NCBI GenBank assembly: GCA_018825985.1
Contig: JAHKAP010000052.1
Span: 6,373-70,372 of the forward strand
Length of the DNA: 64,000 nucleotides
Reading direction: 5' to 3'
Source: Candidatus Omnitrophota bacterium
Lineage (GTDB): Bacteria; Omnitrophota; Gorgyraeia; Gygaellales; Profunditerraquicolaceae
Part shown: piece by piece, positions 9,007 to 16,921 of the stretch
Position numbering within the stretch: the stretch's first letter is position 1
Layout of the letters: each line of letters starts with the position of its first letter
Notes under the pieces: model-generated
The model's database searches: none
Told to the model about the DNA's origin: nothing
Seen by the model: only the letters and a program-made list of their open reading frames with translations
Made by a program: the position numbers and the translations under genes

Positions 9007-9843
9007 ATGCAAGATAAAATTCTGGATTTCCTAAAGTTGAAACAGGATATATCAGGTGCTCACCCGGAGAGATTATCCTCAGCAGGTGTCACCCATCAAT
9101 TGCATACTAAATTTATCGGGCGTAAGGTTTATTATTTCCAAAAAGTAGTTTCTACGATGGACGTGGCAATGCAGTGGGTTACTAAAGGCGCCTGCGAAGG
9201 GGCTTTAGTACTGGCTGAGACTCAGACTAAAGGCAGGGGAAGATTAGGCAGGTTTTGGTCATCGCCTAAATATAAAGGTTTATATTTTTCTTTGATTTTG
9301 AAACCTAAGATCCTGCCATCCGAGGCCTCTATATTTACTCTAATGGCGGCTGTATCTATATGTGAGGCAATTAAAGAGACGACTGAGTTGGAGCCTCAGA
9401 TAAAATGGCCAAATGATATCCTGATCCAGAATAAGAAAGTCGGCGGGATATTAACTGAATTAGACGCTGAAATGGATGAAGTGCGTTTTCTGGTTATTGG
9501 GATTGGCCTGAATGTGAATAATGATAAGGCCGGCATTGTTCTGGGCGCTACCTCTTTAAAGGAGCAGAAGAAAGAAGAAATAAACCGCTTAAGCCTGCTT
9601 CAGGAGATACTGCGCCGGATCGAGGATAATTATCTTGTATTCCAGAAAGAGGGCCCGAGGCCGGTCCTTAAGAAATGGCGCGATTTTAATATTACCCTGG
9701 GTAAAAGGGTAAAGGTAAATTTTCATAAAAAGCATATTGAAGGAGTGGCGGTGGATATCGATGTTGATGGGGCTTTATTGGTGAGGGATAATCCAGGTTT
9801 GATCCATAGGTTTACTGCCGGGGATGTTACCCTCTGCCGGTAA
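9007..9843 (+). CDS. birA: Biotin--[acetyl-CoA-carboxylase] ligase
   Basis: BirA catalytic motif QTKGRGRLGRFWSSP. The N-terminal region may carry an HTH. Confidence 0.8.
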   Translation: MQDKILDFLKLKQDISGAHPERLSSAGVTHQLHTKFIGRKVYYFQKVVSTMDVAMQWVTKGACEGALVLAETQTKGRGRLGRFWSSPKYKGLYFSLILKPKILPSEASIFTLMAAVSICEAIKETTELEPQIKWPNDILIQNKKVGGILTELDAEMDEVRFLVIGIGLNVNNDKAGIVLGATSLKEQKKEEINRLSLLQEILRRIEDNYLVFQKEGPRPVLKKWRDFNITLGKRVKVNFHKKHIEGVAVDIDVDGALLVRDNPGLIHRFTAGDVTLCR

Positions 9844-9921
9844 AAAGAAGATTGCCTGCGGCTGTGGATTAAGGTATAATCACCAGAAATCCGAACCTTG
9901 GATTTAGATAAAGGAGTTTAG

Positions 9922-10845
9922 ATGTTTAGAAAATTATTCAAGTTTGGCTTGGAAGGAAAGATTAAAGAATTAAAGAAAAAACGCGCTGCCGTCATCCTGG
10001 CTCATAATTACCAGCTGCCGGAAGTCCAGGACGTGGCTGATTACCGGGGGGATTCTTTGGAACTGAGTCGGATAGCCGCTAAAATTGATGCCAAGGTAAT
10101 TATTTTTTGCGGAGTGTATTTTATGGCTGAGACCGCGTCGATCCTTTGCCCTGATAAAAAGATCATTATGCCGGATACGTCTGCCGGATGCCCGATGGCA
10201 AACATGATCACGGCCGAAGACGTAAGAAACTTAAGAAAAGAGCATCCTCGGGCCATTGTTGTGGGCTACGTAAATACCTCGGCGGAAGTCAAGGCAGAGC
10301 TAGATGTCTGCTGCACTTCGACCAATGCCGTGGCAGTGGTCAATGCTTTTAAAGACGCCAAAGAGATAATTTTTATCCCGGATAAATACCTGGCGGATTA
10401 TGTTTCCAAAAAAACAGGCAGAAAACTTATCTCTTGGAATGGATTTTGTCCTACCCACGTGCAGATCCTGCCGGAAGATATAAAAAAAGAAAAAAAATTC
10501 CACCCTAAAGCTAAAGTTATAGTCCATCCTGAATGTCTGCCGGAGGTAGTAGCTATGGCGGATGCGGCATTATCCACCAGTAAGATGGGTCAATTCGCTA
10601 AAGAGACTTCTGCAAAAGAGATTATCGTGGGAACTGAAGTAGGAATAATTTATCGCTTAAAGCGGGATAATCTGGATAAGGAATTTTATCCGGCTTCTGA
10701 GCGGGCAGTCTGCCCGAATATGAAACGCACTACCCAGGAGAAGATTCTTTGGTCCTTGCAGGAGTTAAAAGAAGAGGTCAGGGTATCCGCAGACATAAGG
10801 TGTCGGGCGATCAAGGCCATTGATAAAATGCTTAAAATATTCTAA
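9922..10845 (+). CDS. nadA: Quinolinate synthase A
   Basis: NadA signatures (ILAHNYQ, FCGVYFMAE, cluster-ligating Cys residues). Confidence 0.85.
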   Translation: MFRKLFKFGLEGKIKELKKKRAAVILAHNYQLPEVQDVADYRGDSLELSRIAAKIDAKVIIFCGVYFMAETASILCPDKKIIMPDTSAGCPMANMITAEDVRNLRKEHPRAIVVGYVNTSAEVKAELDVCCTSTNAVAVVNAFKDAKEIIFIPDKYLADYVSKKTGRKLISWNGFCPTHVQILPEDIKKEKKFHPKAKVIVHPECLPEVVAMADAALSTSKMGQFAKETSAKEIIVGTEVGIIYRLKRDNLDKEFYPASERAVCPNMKRTTQEKILWSLQELKEEVRVSADIRCRAIKAIDKMLKIF

Positions 10846-11498
10846 TGGAGGATTATTTTAAATATAAGCTCAGCAATATCCCGGTAGTTTATGAGGATGA
10901 TTGGCTCCTGATCGTTGATAAGCCATCGGGACTTTTAACCATACCTACGCCTAAGGCTGAAGTCAGGACTTTAACCAGTATATTAAATGAAGAAATGGAT
11001 AAAAGGGGCGGTGGATTTAAGCTTCATCCCTGCCATCGCCTGGATAGAGAGACTTCCGGATTAATCATTTATGCCAAAGGTAAATCCACCCAGCAAAAGA
11101 TGATGGGGCTGTTTCACCAACAAAAGGTTCGTAAGTCCTATGTCGCTTTTGTCCAGGGTAATCCGTTTAGAGACGAAGGAGAAATTAAAAACCGGATTGG
11201 AGGAGAAAACGCCCTTACTGGGTATAAGGTTTGCCAGCGTAAAAAAGATTTCAGCGTAGTTGAAGTCAGTCCTTTGACAGGAAGGACGAATCAGATCAGG
11301 ATACATTTTAAGCAGATCGGCCATCCGGTTGTCGGTGATGATAAATTCGCTTTCCGGAAAGATTTTGCCTTAAGGTCAAAACATCTATGCCTTCAGTCTA
11401 AGGCAATAAGTTTTCCCCATCCGGTAAGCGCTAAAATAATCAGTCTGGATATACCCTTATCCGGATATCTGTGCGATTTTTTAAGGAAGCACCAATGA
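10845..11498 (+). CDS. RluA-family 23S rRNA/tRNA pseudouridine synthase
   Basis: Catalytic motif HRLDRETSG, downstream TGRTNQIR motif. Overlaps the nadA stop. Confidence 0.75.
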   Translation: MEDYFKYKLSNIPVVYEDDWLLIVDKPSGLLTIPTPKAEVRTLTSILNEEMDKRGGGFKLHPCHRLDRETSGLIIYAKGKSTQQKMMGLFHQQKVRKSYVAFVQGNPFRDEGEIKNRIGGENALTGYKVCQRKKDFSVVEVSPLTGRTNQIRIHFKQIGHPVVGDDKFAFRKDFALRSKHLCLQSKAISFPHPVSAKIISLDIPLSGYLCDFLRKHQ

Positions 11499-12235
11499 TA
11501 AAATATATCATATTAGGCATAACCCAGGGGCTTACTGAATTCTTGCCGGTAAGTAGTTCTGGCCATCTGGTAATTATGCAGCGGATTTTAGGGCTGCCAG
11601 GTGAGGAATTGGTTTTATCGGTAGTCCTGCATTTAGGGACCGTATTGGCCATTTTGGTTTTTTTATATAAGGATATAATTAAATTATTCCGGAATTTTAA
11701 ATTAGTATTACTCATCCTTCTAGTTACGGTTATTACCGGCGCTATCGGAATATCAGGCAAGGATTTTTTCAAGAGCCTGTTTTCTGGGCCTGAGTACTCC
11801 GTATTGGGGCTATTAGCGACAGGGATAATCCTTATCTTGACCAAAAAGATCAGGGGCCATGGAAGAGAGGATTTAAATTTTAAAGATGCTTTGATTCTAG
11901 GTTTTACCCAGGCAATAGCAATAATTCCCGGGATCTCCCGTTCCGGGATTACCATATCTACGCTATTATTCCGCGGCTTAAGCCCGGATGTTGTTTTCCG
12001 TTTTTCATTCTTAGCCTCGATACCGGTGATTTTAGGCGCGGCCTTATTAGAGGTTAAAGATATATCCCTAAGTTTTCAGGGCCATGTCAGTAATCTCATT
12101 GCCGGATTTATTTTTAGTTTTCTTGCCGGTATAATTGCCCTTTTATTATTGCGTAGGATAATTTTAAACGCCAAATTCCATTATTTTGGATATTATTGTA
12201 TAATCGTTGCTTTATTAATATTATTATTTATATAA
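11495..12235 (+). CDS. uppP: Undecaprenyl-diphosphatase
   Basis: BacA/UppP motif GITQGLTEFLPVSSSGH. AGGAAG RBS. ATG 11495 overlaps the upstream stop (ATGA). The track ORF starts further upstream at 11471. Confidence 0.85.
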   Translation: MIKYIILGITQGLTEFLPVSSSGHLVIMQRILGLPGEELVLSVVLHLGTVLAILVFLYKDIIKLFRNFKLVLLILLVTVITGAIGISGKDFFKSLFSGPEYSVLGLLATGIILILTKKIRGHGREDLNFKDALILGFTQAIAIIPGISRSGITISTLLFRGLSPDVVFRFSFLASIPVILGAALLEVKDISLSFQGHVSNLIAGFIFSFLAGIIALLLLRRIILNAKFHYFGYYCIIVALLILLFI

Positions 12236-12236
12236 G

Positions 12237-13136
12237 ATGAGCCTGTTAGTATTAGGGACAGTTGCCTTAGATACCGTAAAAACCCCGTTTGGACTGCGTA
12301 AGAAGATGTTGGGCGGTTCAGCTGTGCATTTTTCTATGTCGGCCCGTCTTTTTACCGATATACATTTAGTGGCGGTGGTGGGTGAAGATTTTCCCGCGCA
12401 GCATTTGAAATTTTTAAAAGGTAAAGGGATTGCTTTTGACTCTCTTGTTCAAAGCGCCGGCAATACTTTTCATTGGGAGGGTAAATACGAAGGAGATTTA
12501 AATAGCGCTGTTACGTTGAATACCCATTTAGGAGTGCTTTCGGATTTTAGTCCTAAAATCAGCCTCAAAGACAGGAAGATCGGGAACATATTTTTAGCCA
12601 ATATTGACCCGGATACCCAAATGAATTTATTGGAGGGGATGGATTCCCCTCGGTTCGTGGCGGTGGATAGCATGAACTATTGGATAGATACTAAGCGCGC
12701 TTCTTTGCTTCGCCTGCTAAAGAAGGTGGATATCTATGTGGCTAATGATGCCGAGGCCAGGAGTTTATCCGGCGAGACTAACTTGATCAAAGCTGCCAAG
12801 AGATTGCGTTCTTTAGGCCCGAAGACAGTCTTAATTAAAAAAGGCGAGCACGGGGTTTTGCTTTATAATGACAAATTTATTTTTAGCCTGCCTGCTTATC
12901 CGCTTAGCAGGGTTATTGATCCTACCGGGGCCGGCGATACGTTTGCCGGCGGATTTATGGGGTATCTTGCTAGGTCTGGAAAAAAAGATAAAGAGTCTTT
13001 TAAAAAAGCTATTTGTTACGGGACTGTTGCCGCTTCTTTTAATGTTGAGGGTTTTGGGGTGGAGAGAACCTCCAGGATTAATTTTGAACAATTGAAAAAA
13101 AGATTCAAGGAATTTAGGGAGATAGTTATATTCTAA
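12237..13136 (+). CDS. PfkB-family carbohydrate/nucleoside kinase
   Basis: Ribokinase-family anion-hole motif DPTGAGDTFAGGF. Substrate cannot be assigned from sequence. Confidence 0.65.
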   Translation: MSLLVLGTVALDTVKTPFGLRKKMLGGSAVHFSMSARLFTDIHLVAVVGEDFPAQHLKFLKGKGIAFDSLVQSAGNTFHWEGKYEGDLNSAVTLNTHLGVLSDFSPKISLKDRKIGNIFLANIDPDTQMNLLEGMDSPRFVAVDSMNYWIDTKRASLLRLLKKVDIYVANDAEARSLSGETNLIKAAKRLRSLGPKTVLIKKGEHGVLLYNDKFIFSLPAYPLSRVIDPTGAGDTFAGGFMGYLARSGKKDKESFKKAICYGTVAASFNVEGFGVERTSRINFEQLKKRFKEFREIVIF

Positions 13137-13149
13137 ACGGAGGTTGCCG

Positions 13150-13596
13150 ATGCTTGAAGAAAAGATACTCACTGATTATAAAGAGGCAATGAAAAATAAA
13201 GATAGTTTAAGAAGCGGAATCTTGAGTTTCTTGCGGGCCCAATTTATGAATCTGGTCCTGGAAAAGAAGAAGAATAAACTGGATGACGCTGATTGTATGT
13301 CTGTGATCAGGAAACTGATTAAACAGCACCAGGACTCCATCGAGCAGTTTACTAAAGGATCGAGGCTTGACCTGGTCGACAAAGAAGCAAAAGAAATGGA
13401 GATCCTGAAAAGCTATTTACCCAAAGAATTAGGCCCGGATGAAGTTAAAAAGCTCATTGAAGAAGCTATTTCTTTAACCGGCGCCGCGGGCATGAAAGAC
13501 ATGGGCAAGGTAATGAAGGAAGTAATGTCTAAAGCCGCCGGGGCCTGCGATAATAAATTAGTCAGCGATTTAATCAGGCAAAAACTTACCGATTAA
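13150..13596 (+). CDS. GatB/YqeY domain protein
   Basis: YqeY-like helical protein. GGAGG RBS 6 nt before ATG 13150. The track uses a TTG at 13144. Confidence 0.65.
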   Translation: MLEEKILTDYKEAMKNKDSLRSGILSFLRAQFMNLVLEKKKNKLDDADCMSVIRKLIKQHQDSIEQFTKGSRLDLVDKEAKEMEILKSYLPKELGPDEVKKLIEEAISLTGAAGMKDMGKVMKEVMSKAAGACDNKLVSDLIRQKLTD

Positions 13597-13599
13597 AAG

Positions 13600-14799
13600 A
13601 TGTTCTCCTCGCTCTCTATCCGGAATTACCGCTTATACGGAAGCGGGATGTTTATTTCCTTTACCGGAACCTGGATCCAATCAGTAGCTTTGAGCTGGTT
13701 GGTTTTTCAACTGACTAATTCAGCTTTTTTATTAGGGTTGATTGGTTTTTTAAACTCGATTCCGGTATTTCTGTTTTCTTTATTCGGTGGAGTAGTCGCC
13801 GACAGGATGAATAAACGCAATGTGCTTTTATTTACCCAGACAGTTTTTATGGCTCTGGCTTTTATTTTGGCCGTTCTTACCCAGATGAAATTGATCACCA
13901 CTTGGCAGATAATGCTTATCGCACTTTTAAATGGGATGACCATGGCTTTTGACGCGCCCAGCCGCCAGGCAATGGTCGTGGATTTGGTAGGGAAAAAACA
14001 TTTAATGAACGCTATTGCTTTAAACTCCGCGGCCTTTAATTCCAGCCGGATAATAGGACCGGCCTTAGCCGGTATATTTGTAGCCAGTATCGGGATGAGC
14101 GGGTGTTTTTATATTAACGCCCTAAGTTTCATAGCGGCTATTATCGCCCTTTTATTTATTAATTTAACCTACGTCAAAAGCGCTAATGGCAAGGGTGGCT
14201 CAGCTATCGCGGATTTAAAAGAAGGATTGCTGTTTATCCGGGATAATCGCCTGATATTAATATTAGTGGTAATGATAGGGGTGATGAGTCTATTCGGGAC
14301 GTCTTATGTTATCCTGATGCCGATATTTGCCAATGATATTTTAAAAGTCGGGGTTAAGGGCTTGGGTATTTTAATGTCATCTGCCGGTATAGGCGCGGTA
14401 ATCGCGTCTTTAGCCCTGGCCAGGCTGGGAGACTTTAAATATAAGGGCAATTTATTAATAATATCGTCAATAGTATTCTCGATTTTTTTAATAACATTTT
14501 CTTTTTCCCGCAATTATTTATTTTCAATCATAAGCCTAATCCTGATGGGTTGGGGAAATGTTAGTTTATTCGCCCTGGTTAATACCATATTGCAGATTAG
14601 GGTTAAAGATGAATTCCGCGGAAGGGTAATGAGCGTATACATGTTTACTTTTGCCGGAATGATGCCTTTCGGTAATTTAATTTCCGGAAGCCTGGCTTCT
14701 AAGACCGGCGCCCCTTTTGCCGTGATGCTGGGAGGGGCTATTTGTCTGGCCTCATTTTTAGCCATTGGGCTCAAATATCCGGATTTACGAAAGCTTTAA
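13600..14799 (+). CDS. MFS transporter
   Basis: About 12 predicted TM helices with MFS-type loop motifs. Confidence 0.7.
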   Translation: MFSSLSIRNYRLYGSGMFISFTGTWIQSVALSWLVFQLTNSAFLLGLIGFLNSIPVFLFSLFGGVVADRMNKRNVLLFTQTVFMALAFILAVLTQMKLITTWQIMLIALLNGMTMAFDAPSRQAMVVDLVGKKHLMNAIALNSAAFNSSRIIGPALAGIFVASIGMSGCFYINALSFIAAIIALLFINLTYVKSANGKGGSAIADLKEGLLFIRDNRLILILVVMIGVMSLFGTSYVILMPIFANDILKVGVKGLGILMSSAGIGAVIASLALARLGDFKYKGNLLIISSIVFSIFLITFSFSRNYLFSIISLILMGWGNVSLFALVNTILQIRVKDEFRGRVMSVYMFTFAGMMPFGNLISGSLASKTGAPFAVMLGGAICLASFLAIGLKYPDLRKL

Positions 14800-14860
14800 T
14801 ATTTCATTTGATTTTTTACTAAGAAGTAATACAATGATTTCAAGAAAGGAGGAACAATAG

Positions 14861-15382
14861 ATGAGGAGATTTGGTTTTATAATATTAATTTTAGCGGTGG
14901 TTGTGGTCTTGGCTGGTTGCGGCAAGAAACAGGAGGCCCTGGAACAGATGCAGCAGCCTATGGCGCCCGAGGATTTAAGCAGGCTTAAGACTGAGGCCCA
15001 GGTTGCCACGGAGATGAAGCCGGAGGCTATAATGTTTCAATCCCAAAAGGCGGCTTCTGCGGGTTTACAGCCTCAAACAGCGGTAGCGCCGCAATCAGAG
15101 GTAAGGCTGGAACCGTTACCCCCGGCAGGACCTTATAGGCCTACAATTCACGAGATCCAGACAGCCTTAAAGAACTCTGGTTATTATATAGGTAAGGTTG
15201 ACGGTAAGGTTGGTCCGATGACCAAAAAGGCGATTGAAGAATTTCAGAAAGCCAATAATCTTAAGGTTGACGGTAAGGTTGGTCCTAAGACCTGGTCAGT
15301 ATTAAACCAGAACCTTAATCAAGCTTCAGCTGTAACAGCGGAAACTCTATCAGCTTCTTCTGCATCAAGCCAGAAAAGATAA
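14861..15382 (+). CDS. Lipoprotein with tandem peptidoglycan-binding (PG_binding_1-like) repeats
   Basis: Lipobox LAGC. Two repeats of the form GKVDGKVGP.TKKAIEEFQKANNLKVDG. Confidence 0.6.
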   Translation: MRRFGFIILILAVVVVLAGCGKKQEALEQMQQPMAPEDLSRLKTEAQVATEMKPEAIMFQSQKAASAGLQPQTAVAPQSEVRLEPLPPAGPYRPTIHEIQTALKNSGYYIGKVDGKVGPMTKKAIEEFQKANNLKVDGKVGPKTWSVLNQNLNQASAVTAETLSASSASSQKR

Positions 15383-15389
15383 GCTGGTC

Positions 15390-15418
15390 TTGAAAAATAT
15401 ATAGCCTTATGCTATTCT
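15390..15418 (+). promoter_or_regulatory. Sigma70-like promoter (TTGAAA-17-TATTCT) driving the structured RNA
   Basis: -35 at 15390-15395, -10 at 15413-15418. The predicted TSS (~15424) coincides with the first base of the RNA's closing stem. Confidence 0.4.
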
Positions 15419-15423
15419 TTAAT

Positions 15424-15620
15424 AGCCGATAAAGGCAAACTCTGGGAAACCAGGGGGCCCCTGCGGATTTATCGCAGGGCCCACTTAAGCCAAACGTGTA
15501 AACAGTCTGGCGTAGGCGGGGCAAAGCCACAGGCCTAATCCTGCCGATAGTAGAGGTGGGGATGGCGGCTGGGTTGCCGAAAGGGGCGAGGATATTTTAA
15601 TAGACCCGCCTTTATCGGCT
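15424..15620 (+). ncRNA. Candidate ~197-nt structured RNA of unassigned class (GEMM/c-di-GMP-I-like signatures, or a novel sRNA)
   Basis: 5' AGCCGAUAAAGGC pairs with 3' GCCUUUAUCGGCU (13 bp). Internal CUGG-GAAA-CCAG GNRA hairpin preceded by GCAAAC. 11-bp GC hairpin GGGGGCCCCUGCG/CGCAGGGCCC. GGGGCAAAGCC-ACA-GGCCUAA string. Own promoter and downstream terminator. No ORF. Confidence 0.35.
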
Positions 15621-15644
15621 GCTAAATTTCCGAGTTTTTAGAAT

Positions 15645-15677
15645 AATCCCAACATTTTTGTTGGGATTTTCTATTTA
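15645..15677 (+). terminator. Intrinsic terminator-like hairpin (AATCCCAACA/TGTTGGGATT, U-rich tail)
   Basis: 10-bp perfect stem, 4-nt loop, then TTCTATTTA. Confidence 0.4.
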
Positions 15678-15697
15678 CGGGTGGTATAATAGCCACT

Positions 15698-16921
15698 ATG
15701 ATTGTTTTCCCTCAGGGTTTTTTATGGGGCGCGGCCACTTCTGCCCATCAAGTCGAAGGCGAAAATAGAAATAATGATTGGTGGAAGTGGGAGAGGTCCG
15801 CAAATTTGAAAGAAACCTCCGGGAGCGCCTGCCGGCATTACCAGCTTTTTAAAGAAGACTTTGATCTGGCCCGGTCCCTCAATCATAATTGCCATCGTTT
15901 TTCAATCGAATGGAGCCGTATATTTCCTTCCAGCGGCGCAATTTCTCGCGAAGAGCTTACGCATTATCGGAATGTTATCCAGGCGTTAAAAGAACGGGGC
16001 CTGGAGCCTATAGTTAGTCTCCATCATTTTACCAATCCTCTTTGGTTCAGTAAATTAGGCGGCTGGGAGAATCCGGGATCTCAAGGGCACTACTTAAATT
16101 ATGTCCGCAGGGTAGTGGAAGAATTCGCCGATTTGGTTAAATATTGGGTGACTATTAATGAGCCTATGGTTTACGTTTATTATTCTTATGTTATCGGCGC
16201 CTGGCCCCCGCAGGAAAAATCTTTTTTAAAAGCCAGAAGAGTTACCGCTAATCTTATTTCCGCGCATACCCAAGCTTATAAATTGATCCAGGTAATTTAT
16301 AGAAATAAGGGATTGCCTAAGCCTGAGGTTGGCATCGCCAAGAATATGCAGGCTTTTGTTCCCTGCAAAAATAACTTTAGGAACAGATTGGCGGTTTATC
16401 TGCGGGATAAATCATTTAACTTCGATTTTCTAAACAAGTTGGCAAAGTCTAAAACCATGGATTTCATCGGGGTAAACTATTATACCCGTAGCCTGGTTGA
16501 GACTTCCAGTTGGTCGCTGAATAACGTATTGACCCGGATCTGCCAGGACAACCATAGTTCTCTTCTTAAGAATTCCTTAGGTTGGGATATTTACCCTGAA
16601 GGATTAGTCGACCTTTTATTAAGGCTCAAAATTTACGATCTTCCGGTGATAATCCTGGAGAATGGAATTTGTACTATGGATGATGCTCTAAGATGGAATT
16701 TTATTAATCAGCACCTGAAAAGTATAGGCATTGCCTTAGCCAAAGGAGTAAGGATTTCAGGTTATATCTATTGGTCCCTTTTGGATAATTTTGAATGGGA
16801 CAAAGGTTTTGGTCCCCGCTTCGGTTTAATCGGAGTAGATTATTCTGATTTCAGGCGCACGGTCAGAGAGAGCGCAAGAATTTTTTCCCTGGTTTGCAAA
16901 ACCGGGATACTTGAGCAATGA
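15698..16921 (+). CDS. Glycoside hydrolase family 1 beta-glucosidase
   Basis: GH1 N-terminus FPQGFLWGAATSAHQVEG, acid/base region TINEP, nucleophile region ILENG. Extended -10 TGgTATAAT at 15682-15690 lies only 7 nt from the ATG, with no SD, so the mRNA is probably leaderless. Confidence 0.8.
   Translation: MIVFPQGFLWGAATSAHQVEGENRNNDWWKWERSANLKETSGSACRHYQLFKEDFDLARSLNHNCHRFSIEWSRIFPSSGAISREELTHYRNVIQALKERGLEPIVSLHHFTNPLWFSKLGGWENPGSQGHYLNYVRRVVEEFADLVKYWVTINEPMVYVYYSYVIGAWPPQEKSFLKARRVTANLISAHTQAYKLIQVIYRNKGLPKPEVGIAKNMQAFVPCKNNFRNRLAVYLRDKSFNFDFLNKLAKSKTMDFIGVNYYTRSLVETSSWSLNNVLTRICQDNHSSLLKNSLGWDIYPEGLVDLLLRLKIYDLPVIILENGICTMDDALRWNFINQHLKSIGIALAKGVRISGYIYWSLLDNFEWDKGFGPRFGLIGVDYSDFRRTVRESARIFSLVCKTGILEQ

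Noticed and set aside
15424-15620. Interpreting the structured RNA as tmRNA, RNase P RNA, SRP RNA or 6S RNA
   Set aside because: There is no tag-peptide reading frame or tRNA-like CCA end (tmRNA). It is too short and lacks the P4 consensus (RNase P). It has no GGAAGCAGCC-type domain IV motif (SRP). It has a multi-hairpin rather than a long rod with a central bubble (6S). Only the end-pairing and length are 6S-like, so that label was not assigned.
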